A DNA stretch of 64,000 nt, taken from assembly GCF_006345805.1 (NCBI RefSeq), contig NC_043004.1:76632001-76696000 (forward strand), in the 5' to 3' direction. Source of the DNA: Octopus sinensis. Taxonomy: Eukaryota. Shown piece by piece: positions 12,891 through 25,652 of the stretch; the stretch's first letter is position 1, and each line of letters starts with the position of its first letter. The translations under genes were made by a program, and so were the position numbers. The notes below the pieces were generated by a model. That model did not search any database, had not been told where the DNA came from, and saw only the letters and a list, made by a program, of their open reading frames with translations.

Positions 12891-12895
<5 letters not shown>
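12766..12895 (+). mobile_element. (TA)n-flanked Penelope-type terminal repeat remnant with hammerhead-like motif
   Basis: TTACTT-TTGACAA-stem-GAAACCGGTC-AAGTAA, between two (TA)n tracts. Confidence 0.55.
12814..12859 (+). ncRNA. Degenerate minimal hammerhead ribozyme
   Basis: Stem I TTACTT/AAGTAA, core TTGACAA (2 changes from CUGACGA), stem II CTTTTT/AAAAAG, GAAAC-CG-GUC palindromic stem III. Confidence 0.45.
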
Positions 12896-12943
<48 letters not shown>

Positions 12944-12945
<2 letters not shown>

Positions 12946-13169
12946 TATTTAAAGCAGCAGAAAATTCAACAAAACCTGTTACTCTGAGTTTCCTGTTGCC
13001 GTTCGTCAGACAGTTTTTGCTAGAAAACTGTCCGACGAACGGCAACGGGAAACTCAGAGTAACATGTTTTGTTGAATTTTCTGCTGCTTTAAATAAAGCA
13101 TATTACTCTACCACTGGTATTTGAGTACTCTTTTTTCCACCTTGTTTCACATTTATGTCTTTATTCCGG

Positions 13170-13172
<3 letters not shown>
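12944..13172. mobile_element. (TA)n-flanked inverted Penelope-type terminal repeat (74-bp-arm hairpin plus unique tail)
   Basis: Arms 12944-13017 and 13024-13097, 3 mismatches; each arm carries a hammerhead-like motif. Confidence 0.6.
12976..13013 (-). ncRNA. Putative minimal type I hammerhead ribozyme
   Basis: Minus strand CUGU-CUGACGA-ACGGCAACAG-GAAAC-UCAGA-GUA-ACAG: intact CUGANGA and GAAA boxes, GUA triplet, 4-bp stem I; stem II imperfect. Confidence 0.5.
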
Positions 13173-13197
<25 letters not shown>

Positions 13198-13200
<3 letters not shown>

Positions 13201-13434
13201 GGTGAGTCAAAAGTAGTGGTCAGTTTCTGGGAAGTCACTCCTCTCTTTGTTGTTTTGCAGATTATTACTGACAGTGTTGAAATTTATTAAATCTGGATCA
13301 TCTATCATGTTGTTAATGTCCTTTGATATCTCAGCCCATAAAACAAGAATTAGGAGTCAAAAGTATCCCCTCATTGGCAAGTCATATATATCAACCCTAA
13401 AACAGGAATTGAGCCCTACTTTTGACTCACCCTA
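13198..13434. mobile_element. Tc1/mariner-type MITE (237 bp)
   Basis: TIRs CAGGGTGAGTCAAAAGTAG (13198-13216) and CTACTTTTGACTCACCCTA (13416-13434), 18/19 match; TA at left junction. Confidence 0.8.
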
Positions 13435-13442
13435 TCTATCTA

Positions 13443-13490
<48 letters not shown>

Positions 13491-13657
13491 TATATATATA
13501 TATACATACATACATATACATATATATATATATACACATATATATGTATGTATGTATATATATATATATACATATATATATAAAGTCTAACAATGGCTTA
13601 ATTGACCAAAACTTCGAAGTCACTGGCAATAATATTCTTGCTTAAGAATGATCTCAA

Positions 13658-13693
<36 letters not shown>

Positions 13694-14628
13694 ATCATCT
13701 CTTCTGAAATGAAAGAAAACTATATATTGCTAAATCTTTAAGTATAAAAAGTAAAGATAACTGAGTAAAGAAAATTAATTAGTATTAAAGATTAATATTT
13801 CTGGAAAATAAAAAAATAATAATAAAAAACAAAACAAACAAACAAGGAATTACATGCAGGTGTAAAACTGGCAATATTAAGATGCAACTGTGATAATGGT
13901 GGTTAAGGTGTGAATAACAGTACAGAAATCAGCAAGAACTCTGAGTGGTTGGTAGGAAAATAGGATAACGGGTTAGATAGCTGGGACAGCTAAGACCAAT
14001 GGGTACAAAATTAGATATCTACAAGGAGAGAAAAAGTGGTTCAAGCATGTGTAAAGCAGAAGATGAAAACAGAACGATGCTGTTTAAATCTTCCCTTACC
14101 ACGAACAGGCACATTTTTCAACTAGAGAAACAAACAAGAACCAGAGCATTCACTAAGTTATCAAAATCAATGACAAGTGGAGGCCATTTGGACTGGCACA
14201 AGAGAGAAATGGGTAACATGGCACTCAATGACAAATGGATGACAGGTGTTTAATCGATTAGCAATTTTTGAAAATATTGAGTAGTATATTAATAAATTAA
14301 ATTATTAATAAAATTTTTTTGAAAGTCAGTTTGCATTTTTGTGATTTGGCATTTTGAAAATCAAATGTTGAACATTTAGTAAACTGAATTGTTTATGTGT
14401 GAAAAAAGAGTGTATACTTATAAAAAAAAAAAGAAGCTATCGCCATGCTTGATCGTTTTTTTAATTCTTTGTCAGCTTATTTTCGCTTATTCCTTTCTGC
14501 TGAAGAGCATAGGCTCAAAATGTAAAAGACTTTCTCACTTTCCTGAACATCAAACTAATACACATGTTTGTTGTTCATACACCTGTCTTCATCTTTTGTT
14601 TTTCTGTAAATTTCAACTATACATATAT

Positions 14629-14629
<1 letters not shown>

Positions 14630-14691
<62 letters not shown>

Positions 14692-14844
14692 CACACACAT
14701 ACATACACACATATATGTACATACATATACATATGTACATATATACATACATGCACATACATATATATATATATATATATACATATATAGATGTATATAC
14801 ATATACATATATATATACATACATACATATATATATATATATAT

Positions 14845-14876
<32 letters not shown>

Positions 14877-14945
14877 ATATATAATATATACATATATAGA
14901 TGTATATACATATACATATATATATATACATACATGCATATACAT

Positions 14946-14990
<45 letters not shown>

Positions 14991-15030
14991 ATATATATAT
15001 AATATACATATACATACACACACATACATT
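14630..15030. repeat. Compound (TA)n/(CA)n microsatellite with an internal ~110-bp duplication
   Basis: acatatatagatgtatatacatatacatat occurs at ~14781 and ~14890. Confidence 0.9.
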
Positions 15031-15899
15031 ATATAATTTTATATTATAAAATATATTATGGCAAAGGTATTTCAAAGAATTTTAAGTAATTAACTATTTT
15101 TCAGAAACTATCTAAGTATTGATAATTGTTTGGTAAGTAAATCACACTATCATTTATATTCATACCATATATAGTTAACATAATCTAAAACTACTTAAAG
15201 TAATTAAAAATAATTAAACCCAAAGATTATTGCACTGATTAAACTTATCAAGTACAATGTGAATTGCTGTACTTGGAAATAACTTCTTTAAAACCAATCA
15301 TTTATGAGTAAGGAAAATATGCAAGTGATCTAAAGAAATATTATAATTTTAGATGAAGGAGATTGTACAATAATTGAATTGATACGGTATCAATGACTTG
15401 CCTCACAACTTTGTATTTCATCAATAAAGCTTACACTTTGTGCAAAGCACTTAATATTTAATGAATGAATAAAAGTTGAAAGGTTTTTATAAGGCTAGGA
15501 GTCTCTCTTCAAAGGTATTCTAATGAAATTTATAGTTAAGCAAAAAAGATTGTTTTTATTTATTACAGAAGGCAACAAAGATAAAGCTAGGAAGTACATT
15601 TAAAATAATTGCTTTATTAGACATGAATCCGGAAATTTTAGCTGAGAAGAATTGGAAATAATAATGCTCATGATTTTGTCTAAAGTATTAACCATGTAAG
15701 TGAGGTGTAATCAAAACAGGAGTACTCAGTTTGCTGAGGGCTAACGTGTACTCTATGGGACTCACAATTGCTTCAGAAATAGAAGTTAAGAAGAGGTGTG
15801 TAATTATACTTGATGAAGAAATGAAGAAAATATTACAATAGATTTCCTTGTGTCACATTCAGGAAGTAGCCTCAGTTCCACTATGTAGAGTATTTTACA

Positions 15900-16157
15900 C
15901 TCACCACCACCACCACCACCGTCATCATCAAAAATCCATTTCCCAAGTTGGCATGGCTTGGATAGTTTGACAGGAGCTGGTCAGCTGGAGATCTGCACCA
16001 GGCTTCAATTGTCTGTTTTAGCATGATTTCCATTGCTGGGTACCCTTCCTTAATGCTAACCACTTTACAAAGTTTACCACGTGCTTTTTATGTGGCTCCA
16101 ACACAAGTGTTTTTGACATGGCACCAGCACAAGTGCATTGTACATGGCACCAGTGCA
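15900..16157 (-). mobile_element. SINE-like repeat family C with three 26-bp units
   Basis: catcatcaaaaatccatttcccaagttggcatgg...ccttccttaatgctaaccactttacaa, then 26-bp units starting at 16081, 16107, 16133. Confidence 0.8.
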
Positions 16158-19100
16158 TATATGCAAAAATCTATTAAGAAGAAATACTTAAATAAGAGCT
16201 GTTAACAAAAAATATACATGCAATGATTATGACAATAGGCTTACTGTGTGTCCCTTTACTCATTTTAGTAAATGGTGTATGCACACTTTTATCTCCAGCC
16301 TCTATCTTCTAGTCACAGCTCTTCAATTAAATTCAAACATTGATCAGAACTGTTGCCAAGATATTCAGCATCCTATCATAGTCCTACAATATATGCGCAC
16401 CCCCTTTTCCAGTGTTACAGTGTTCACCCCTTCTAACCTTACAATGTGCACTCTCTACCCAACTCCTACAATTTGCTTCCTCTTCTCCCCACCTTACAAT
16501 TTGTGTCCTCTGCACCCAGCCCTGCGTTTACTTCTTCACCTAGCCATATATTGTGCCCTCCTTAATTGTTTCTACAAATTCCTCCAATCATCACCCTCTT
16601 TACACATACTGAAAAACAGAGTTAACTTCCACAAAAGAAACATATTGTATTATTATCATGAACATCATTGTGCAAATCTGTTTACCAGCAACATTTTAAA
16701 CGTTTCTCGCCAGATGATGTAACAGGCCATAATGCTAAATGACCTTCCCTTCTTCCCCAACACCACACAAATCAACCCTAGCATCTCTGTTCCAGGAGTT
16801 ATTTTTCCAGCTCTCTTGATTACTGAGATTTTGTATTTTTAGTTGGATTAAGAAATATTATTTAAATTGTTCAGAATTTGTGCAGTGATCCCAGATTTTA
16901 GTGCCCAAAGCAATCATCTTGTTTGCTTAGTGAACAAAGGACTTACGTCCTTACATTTACAACTACCCCCTCCTCCTACCCCAAGAGTATACTTCCAATA
17001 CTAACCAATGCAGTGATTTGCAAGATAACACCTGCATCAAATTACCAGGAAAATAGTAACACTGTTTCCAACATCAAAACAAGAAGCTACAAACAGATAA
17101 AAAGTGTAGTTTCTTGGAGCTTTACAAAAATTCAAGGGGTAACTATCTAAATGTATTCTAGAAATTTTAAGGGAAAGTGACACTTTTGTGTGTGTATGTA
17201 CAGACTGAGGCAATCCAAAGATTATTAGGGGTGTACCTATACATTTTAATTTATTAATAAGATGTTACATAGCTAAAAGACTCTAGAAACTTGAAATTGG
17301 CACTCTTTCCAACAATGAAATTTTTCTCCATGGACTTGATACTTTTTAAAGAAAAATATGTATTTAATAAAGATTTTATTTTAAAACATACTTTTTTTGA
17401 GTATTTTTTACATTAAGTAAAGATGTGTTTTTAAGCTATTTTGTAAATCAAACTTTTACACAATTCAAATATTGAAAATATGTTAAAAAATAATTATTCT
17501 TTTACAGAAGACAGTGAAAATAAGTGAGGTTTCAGAAATGTCAAACCAATAAGCCTTTGTAATAGTGTACTATTTAGAGAACATAAATCTTTTTCTGAAT
17601 GTAAAAAGTGATTTTTAAAGATTATTATTTTAAATATATTACCAAACCACACAGAATACTCCAAATTAGGTTTGCTTTTATTTCTACAACCAGAAAAACC
17701 AACTGATGTCTTAATTTTGATTTCTAAAATACAAATATAGCTATAAATATTATATCATTAATATATATAAATTTAACTGTTGAATTGTTTACAGAATATA
17801 TAAAAATATATTTCAAAACATTGAGAATTTTTCTACTTAAACTATAAGACATTTGCTTTGGGCTGTTCTTCTACTTGAAGATTAGGTGAGATTAAAACTA
17901 ATCACATCAATATTTTGACATAAAAACAATTTCCTAAAGAACACTAAAAATGAAGATGGCGTTTTCTAAGAAAAAAAATCCAGGCATAAAAGATCTACCT
18001 TTTTTCATTATGAATAATTTAAAAGAAAAACATTTTGAAATTCAAAAATATGTACTATGTGAAAAAAACATTCCTGAAAAAAAAAAACTCACTCTACAAC
18101 TTTAGTATGCTAGTAATTTTAAATTGCCACGGTTCCTACATATTAGCTGTTAATTCTATTCCAAAGACACAAAAATGCAAACTAGAAAATGTTTTGTAAA
18201 GATGCTTTGTCAATTTTAAAGATGAATATAAATTTGGGAGTAGTTTTAACAAACCAGGACGCATTTTAAAGCCATGCGAATTGGTAAAGGGAACTTACAT
18301 AAATTTAATATTCCTGAAAAAACAGGCTTGTAAATTTTTGATGCTAAAAATACTCTGCTAAAGTTGAGAAGTAGAAATATATGATGTTGATCTTGAAGTA
18401 CATTAAAATGCAGCCACAGTTGTATGCTTCTTGTTGACTGTAGTTTCAAATTGTGCTGTACGTAGTGTTCTTGGTGGAAGGGATAAGAATGGTATGAGAT
18501 GATGGAGCCCTAAAAATTGCAAAAATAGTATACATCATCAGGGAACACCAGTGGTCTGCCAACAAACTTTCATATTATGAAACAGTGAGTGGCAAAGGTA
18601 GAGATGCAGCCCGGGAGAGAGAACATAGCTAAATGGTAACTCTATCATTCTGCAAACTCTTGGTTTAGTTCAGCTGATTCTCTTATTCTTCCAAATCAAC
18701 AATGACTTTTTTTTTTGCTGTTTAAGCTCAAAATTTATGAAGTGTAGAAAAAAAACTTCATAATATTTTCCATTTGGATTAGTGAATGTAGGTAAATTGA
18801 GCAAGATTAAAATTCAAAGGGGAAGCTAATATTAATCTATAGTTACTGAATTAAACAAAATTGAAATGTATGTGTGTGTGTGTGTGTGTGTGCTAGAATG
18901 TACTTAATGGAAAAAAACAAAATAAAAAAGAAGATGGAGATTGAAAAGTTTGTATTATTAAAAAGTCCTTATCAAAAAGTTTATAAAATATGAACAAACA
19001 CTGGCAGTTCTTTAATTTATTATTCTCTTTAAGTGAAATAGTTTCTTAAATAGAGATGACAATATATGACTAGTTTTGCCCTAACATAATCTAATCTGCA

Positions 19101-20579
19101 CTTGAAATCTATTACTCTTTGGTAATTTCTCATTTCATGCTCAAAGAGAGATACATAATTAAAGTTAGTTTAGTTTGTGCTTGGATTACTGCAAGTCTGA
19201 GCAAAGAAAAAAAGATTCTATTAAGATAATACTTCATTAGTTGCTAAAAGTTAAAATCTTGCATTTGCTGACCTAGAATTGTAAAATTAGATGAAGAAAT
19301 AAATGAATACATAAATGAAAGTTTTCTAATTAGAAATTACATTTTCTACAAATTAGATATCTTTGTCTAACTTTGCAAATCATTAACTAGTTTCTGTAAT
19401 ATAACAGCTAAAATATTTTGGCTGAGAAACGTTAAATTTTGAGATGGTTGTTTTGATATACATAGCTAAGATTTCAACAAATGAATTTAAAACTCCATTT
19501 ATCATTTAACATTTTATTTCCTCTATTCAATGAATTAGATAATATAATATCCCAACTCCCAATATACCCAGAATCATTTGTATATGAATGATTACCAATT
19601 TTTAAAAAAGAAGGTACCATTCAGTCTATATAAAGGAGTTGACATGTTAAACCACTACACAAAAGGAATCTACATTAGAGCCTCACAATAAAACATAAAA
19701 ATAAAAGCAAAAAATAAATTCAAAATTATATACAAATTAAGTAGAAATTGCAATTCTTAATACTGTTGGTCTTAAATCATGAATATAAAGGAAATACATA
19801 TATTTTATAGAAATATGAAACAGTTTCACATTCATTCAGATCAAAAGCTAAAGTCATTAACAAGTAACATACAACTGATATTAAACCTTTATCTTCCTTT
19901 ACACAAGACTAAGCCTTAAACTTTCTTTTTAGAAACAGCATAATTAGTAATGTTTTATAAATGGTTTAGTTCAATGACCCTATGGCTTATAAGATTTACT
20001 TATATGAGAATCTCAAAATCTTTGCATTTGGTAATTACAATTGAAATCATTAAGAAATTCAATGGGAGCTTATTAATGATTATTCAAAGCTACCTGCCAT
20101 CAAAGATTGCCAGAAGTCTTGACACACTGGAATTAATGCCAAATTGTATCTCAAACTTGTTCCTGATATGAAATATTTTCTTTTAATCTACATAACTGTG
20201 TGATAAATAAGGTTAAAATTCCTTTAGAACGAGTTGAAAGTTTTGAATGCCTTTTGTGAAAACAAATGTGACTTGAAACATCTTGAATATAATTAATCAT
20301 CATCATCTTCATCTTCATCATCATAATCATTATCATCATCACCCTCATCGTATAAGGTCCACTTTTCCATGTTTGCATGGGTCAGATGGAATTTGTTGGG
20401 CAGAGTTTCTAATGGCCAGATACCCTTTCTGTCACCAACCCTTATCTGTTTTCAAGTAAGGTAACATTTTCCCATGGCCAGAAGTTTTCACAGCCTCTTG
20501 CAAGTGAATGACACTGCTTGTACGACAGTGACACTCATTTACAAAAACTATGCAAAGTAAAGACATGGAGACACAAATG

Positions 20580-20585
20580 TACACA

Positions 20586-20617
<32 letters not shown>

Positions 20618-20785
20618 AAGATATACATATATGATGGGTTCTTTCAGTTTCCATCCACCAATCTAGCCACAAAGCTTTAGTTATCCCAGAGCTAAGAAAG
20701 AAGACTCCAGCTCAAAGTGCCATGGAGTGGAATTGAACTTGTAACCATGTGGTTAGGAAGCAAAATTCTTGACCACACAGCCATG
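20580..20785 (-). mobile_element. SINE family B 5' half; further fragments at ~21465-21690, 32560-32720 (-) and 7748-7830, 28918-29075 (+)
   Basis: gggttctttcagtttccatccacc...ggaattgaacttgtaaccatgtggttaggaagcaaaattcttgaccacacagcca. Confidence 0.7.
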
Positions 20786-20979
20786 GAAGCAAACATAAAA
20801 GGAAGTGGGAGATAGTGATCCTCATTAAAACTTTCCAAGGAGAACAAAGCAATTAAAATGAAGCTATGTAAAAATTGGTATGAAAGAATATAACAGCATA
20901 AATGACAGAATATTGCTCAGGGAATTTGGATGGCAATGGAACACTCTTTGCAGTACAAATATGTATGCCTTTTTTTTAG

Positions 20980-21300
20980 GGTTATGTGTCTTAGTGACCT
21001 GAATATTTGGCTCACTGTTGTAAGGCCATGGATTCAATTCCCAACAGTCATTGTGTCCTTGAGCACTTTATGTCTTGCTATCCCAGTCCCCTCACCAGGC
21101 AAAAATGAGTTGTACCTACAATTCAAAGAGCTAACCTTGTCACACACCACTTCACATGGAATCTCTCTAAGATCTATATTAAGGGTATGCATGTCTGTGG
21201 AGTGCTCAGCCACTTGCAAGTTAATTGTAAAAGCAGGTTCTTCCATTGATCGGATCAACAGGGAGATTTGTCATTGTAACTGACAGAGAACCAGACCATG
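20980..21300 (+). mobile_element. SINE family D, degraded
   Basis: Head-like ggattcaattccc followed by reverse complement of the 53430-53742 body. Confidence 0.65.
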
Positions 21301-22504
21301 TGTCAAACCAGAAACATGCTATTTAGGGAGACTACCAGTTAGCTTTGAATCATTTTTGGGAGGAGTCCATATCCCTATCCACCTCGAAATAGATGGAGTG
21401 TAGTTTCTGCATAAAAGCTGTGAAATAATTTCAAGTGAAGTCAGCCACAAGTTTAGCTCTCAGCTTCCGTCTCCCAAATCCACTTACAAGACTTTTGTCA
21501 GTCTGGGGTTATAGTTGAAGACACTTGCCCAACATACTGCACATTAGAACTGAACCAGAGACCACATGGTTAGGAAGTAAGCTTCCTAACCACACAGCCA
21601 TGCCTGCATTAATACAATGCAGTGAGATTGAACCTGAAACCATGTGACTGGGAAGCAAACAACTTAACCACACTGCCAAGCCTATACACAAACAGATTAA
21701 TTGAAACAAGCAAAGGGTATTTTTTGATAGTGTTTATTTAACGAAAGGGTTAAATAAATATCATTTCTCAGGTCATGAAAATACTTGATAGCAGAAATTC
21801 AATAATGAATTCACCCAGAACATGAGCTAAAGATAAAAGAAAAAAACCCCTTGTCTTTTATCTCTATAAATGTTATGTTTTACTATGTGATCTAAATAAA
21901 TATAATGAATTCTGAATTATTTTTAATATTTTTCATAAAACCATTTGAGATTTTATAAAAATATCAGTTTTAGAGTCAGTGAATAGTTAGGAAGTAACTA
22001 TTATAAATAATCATAAAAGGAATACTTCAAAAACAGGGGAAAGTAATACAAGTTTAAAAAAACGAAAAGGAAATTTTGAATCTGGACAGAGCTCTTTTAA
22101 GTTGCATTTGAATTTAATCCAACATTGACACAAAGAATACAATATACTACACCAGTTTTATAGCAAATTGATGTCAATATTCAATAAAATATAAAACAAA
22201 TAAGTATAATGCATCAGACCATGAAAAGTTGTTTTAATGCCAGTATTTGACAAAGAAGGGAAGATTATTTCAATGAAGAAACTTGTAATGATTACAAAAT
22301 AAATGTGAAAACAACCCTTAATGTGTTTAGTGCTCAGTAATGTTGTAAGCTAAAGGCATGAAAGAACAGAACCAAATTATCAATTAAGTTCACTAAAACG
22401 ACAATCTTCATATTGAATTGTAATTCTATTGGTGAAGAAATGCAAGTGGAAGAAAGATGCATCTTTTATGCAATAATGAAAGACTAAAAAAAAAGTAACT
22501 CCTA

Positions 22505-22549
<45 letters not shown>

Positions 22550-22551
22550 AT

Positions 22552-22706
22552 ACAACTTATAAACAAGGGCAAAAGAAAAAATTCTAATGCCAAATATGCT
22601 GAAAATAGACAAATCGTCAATAACCATATAATTTATCACTATAATTTGTCTATTTTTGGTGTATTTGGCATTAGAATTTTTTCTTTTGCCCTTGTTTATA
22701 AGTTGT
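22552..22706. repeat. Inverted repeat, 63-bp arms, 29-bp spacer
   Basis: acaacttataaacaagggcaaaagaaaaaattctaatgccaaata (45 bp) perfectly mirrored, plus 13 more bp after a short mismatch block; abuts (TA)n. Confidence 0.9.
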
Positions 22707-23814
22707 TTATAAATTTAACCATTAAAGGTATATTTTAATATGCTGGCCATTGATGGAATGTTTTTCGAAAAATTTTATCCTATATTAGATGTATATATAT
22801 ATATATATATACATATGCCCACACCCATAGAGGTTAGAAAAAGCTGCACCAGAAATAAAATACAAAAGCTGATTAAAAATAATTGAAAATATCTTTTCAT
22901 GTTTATTTGAATATTCAATGTTGTGAACATCTCAGTAAAACTATGAGAAGAGGTAGATGAAGCCTTGGAACCATCTTTAAAGCAGAAGCTTGTTAGATTA
23001 AAACAGAAGCACCAAAAGATAGTGTAGACAGAACCAGCATATGTAAATGTATAGAGACAGGTCAAAATCTTCCAACATACATTCATATAATATGCATGTG
23101 TGGATATAAGCATATCTATGTGTGTATGAATACATTGACATATACACACACATACGTATACACACACACACACACATACATACATGCACACAAGTAAATT
23201 CACAGAAATATTAGGCACAAATAAGAATTATATTAATTAATATAAATGCCTTTTTATTTTCTATTATTATTATTATACACACACACACACACATGCACAC
23301 ATAAACACATATTCACACACACACACACACATACATATGTGTATTCATATGAATTATTTGTTTTTCAACAACATGTGGATAAAAACCAAGTTCAGCTAAG
23401 ATATTAGTTTTAATATAATTTAATTAATTAATTAATTAATTAATAATGATTTATAACAATTGATATTTATGAAAATCTAAGACAATGAATTATGCAAATG
23501 CTGTCCAGAAGAAAGATTAGCTTAGACACCAAAATATTTGTATAGTTTATACATTAAATGACTTGTTTTTTTTTTTTGGTGACATGAGAGCAGAAATCAA
23601 GGAGTTCAACCAATATAAAGTACTTTTGATATTATTTTCTTAATTAATTAATTAATTTTTCTAGTAATTGGAATATTGGCAAAATTAAGATGACAAATTT
23701 ATGCAGAGAACATGGCAAGGCTGGAAAGAAATGCAGCAAGTGTGCTCTGCCAGATATGTAATGGTAGTGTGCATGAATAGCAGAGTATAAATGAAATGAG
23801 AGAAGAACTAGGTA

Positions 23815-24540
23815 TCAAAGGAATGCCAGTCCTTCTGCCAAACAGTGATAGCAGCATAGCTCTGATTTGAATGGCTTGTAAGTTATAGGCATTTTGATGG
23901 ATACTATTGCAGCCACTATTTGTTTCCCATGTTTTAAGCTGTTAATGGAAAGATTTTCATCAGCAGTTTTCTTTTGGATTGATGGCTGAATATATGGTAA
24001 CATATTCACCCATTCACCTATGACGCACCAGGTCTGCAGTCTATAGTCAATGACGCTTCCTTCAAGTCCAGCTTGTTTGCAATTTTGTGTTGTTACCCAA
24101 AGCCTCTGTGTAAGCTCTGTTACATAAGGTGGAGATGGGGTAGGGTAAGATTGCTGTCTATGGTAACACTTAGAATTTGTTTTTTCATAAATCATTATTT
24201 GCACTTTGCTATCCAAATATCTTTCAGTCATCCACTCAGACTTTCATTCTAACAAGTTCTCTATAATGGCTGCTGTAGGGTCCTTTTCACTGGTTGATTT
24301 TATTAGTGCAAATAGCATCAGCTATTAGGATACTGATACAACTCATTTTTACAATTCTGAGAAGATTATCAATGAAAATGGAGAACAGATGCAGTCAAGC
24401 ATTTGAAGGTTCAATATATTTGACAGGTGACAGACGACAGGTCAGAGGCTGACTTGAAACAGTGCGGCTGATGGATCTTTCATTTGCTTTGGACACACAT
24501 AAGCAATTTTCTATACATCCTTTTGGATTTCAGTTTTTAT
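23815..24540 (-). pseudogene. Highly degraded non-LTR reverse-transcriptase-like sequence
   Basis: Long nearly open frame with stops; CKQAGLEGSVID and, after a frameshift, KQIVAAIVSI/KNAYN recall QxGFR..ST.D and LD.KNAFN RT motifs. Confidence 0.35.
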
Positions 24541-25519
24541 CTGTGTGTAGTGCCTGTCTATCAAAATTCTGATCTTTTGTGATATCAGAATACAATACAT
24601 TATGGTTTATAACATTTTCAAAATTAACCAGAGAAAAATAAGAAAGGTTAACATCTAGATAATGAACCTGGTTCGTCAAATGACGAACATGCTTTCAGTT
24701 TGATAAATGAAGCTTTACAATGGTAAAATCTTCAGTTATAACCTCTGATACTCTTGAATCATAATGCTCAATGAACGATCAATCACTTCCTCAGTGCTAA
24801 CTCAATGAAGATAGTACCAAATTTGGTACTTGTTTAGGTTTGCTAGACAGACAACAAAACTATGTGATGTGAACTTGAAATCTCAGTGTCATCAAAATAT
24901 TGCACATTATCTACACAGATTCCATGATAAAATAAGGAATAAAATTAAAGAAAGATTACAAAAAATTAGGATCAGAATGACATGTTCAACAACATATGCA
25001 TTCAGACACCGTTTTATGAATCTTTGCTTAAACACATTTATAATGAATCTATGTCTATGCGAATTCTTCCAAAATATGAAGCAAGAGTTACTAAAGAGTC
25101 TAAAGCCTTAATATTTTTAGGATCTTGAATTCATACTAATTTACAAATAATAATCAGAGATGAAGTCAAGAGTCACAGTTAAAATTTTACCAATACTGTA
25201 GTAAAAAGAGTGTTACAAAGTGATTGGTGTAGAAATGGTAAAAGAGCAAGGAATATCATAAAATGAAAAAGAGAATTCAATACAGAGTAGCTATTGTATT
25301 CACTAACAATGGTGTTGATTAAAATAACTATGAAAAGAAAGTGTGAAATGGAAGATTCTGGTGCAGAAATCTTACTGTAAGTTAGCTTAAATTTCATAAA
25401 GAGCAAATAGTCAGTGGCAAATCTTTTGAAGTTACACATGTGGATTAAAACTAAGATGCTTCTCTTTTTAAATTCTCATTATAACTGTTTCAAATTTTGG
25501 AAGAAGGAGAATAGTCAAT

Positions 25520-25652
25520 AACTGTTAAACTGGTACTTTATTTTATTGGCCTTGAAAAAATGAAAGGCAAAGTCAACCTCAGTGGAATTGGCACTCAGAA
25601 TGTAAAGAACTGGAAGAAAGGCCACTAAGCATTTCCCACAGTCTACTAATGA
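25520..25652 (-). mobile_element. SINE family A, degraded
   Basis: aactggtacttta...tgaaaggcaaagtcaacctcagtggaattggcactcagaatg...ccactaagcattt. Confidence 0.7.

Noticed and set aside
16246-16722. 158-aa ORF
   Set aside because: No family recognised; only faint CR1/L2 3'-end resemblance, treated as decayed TE.
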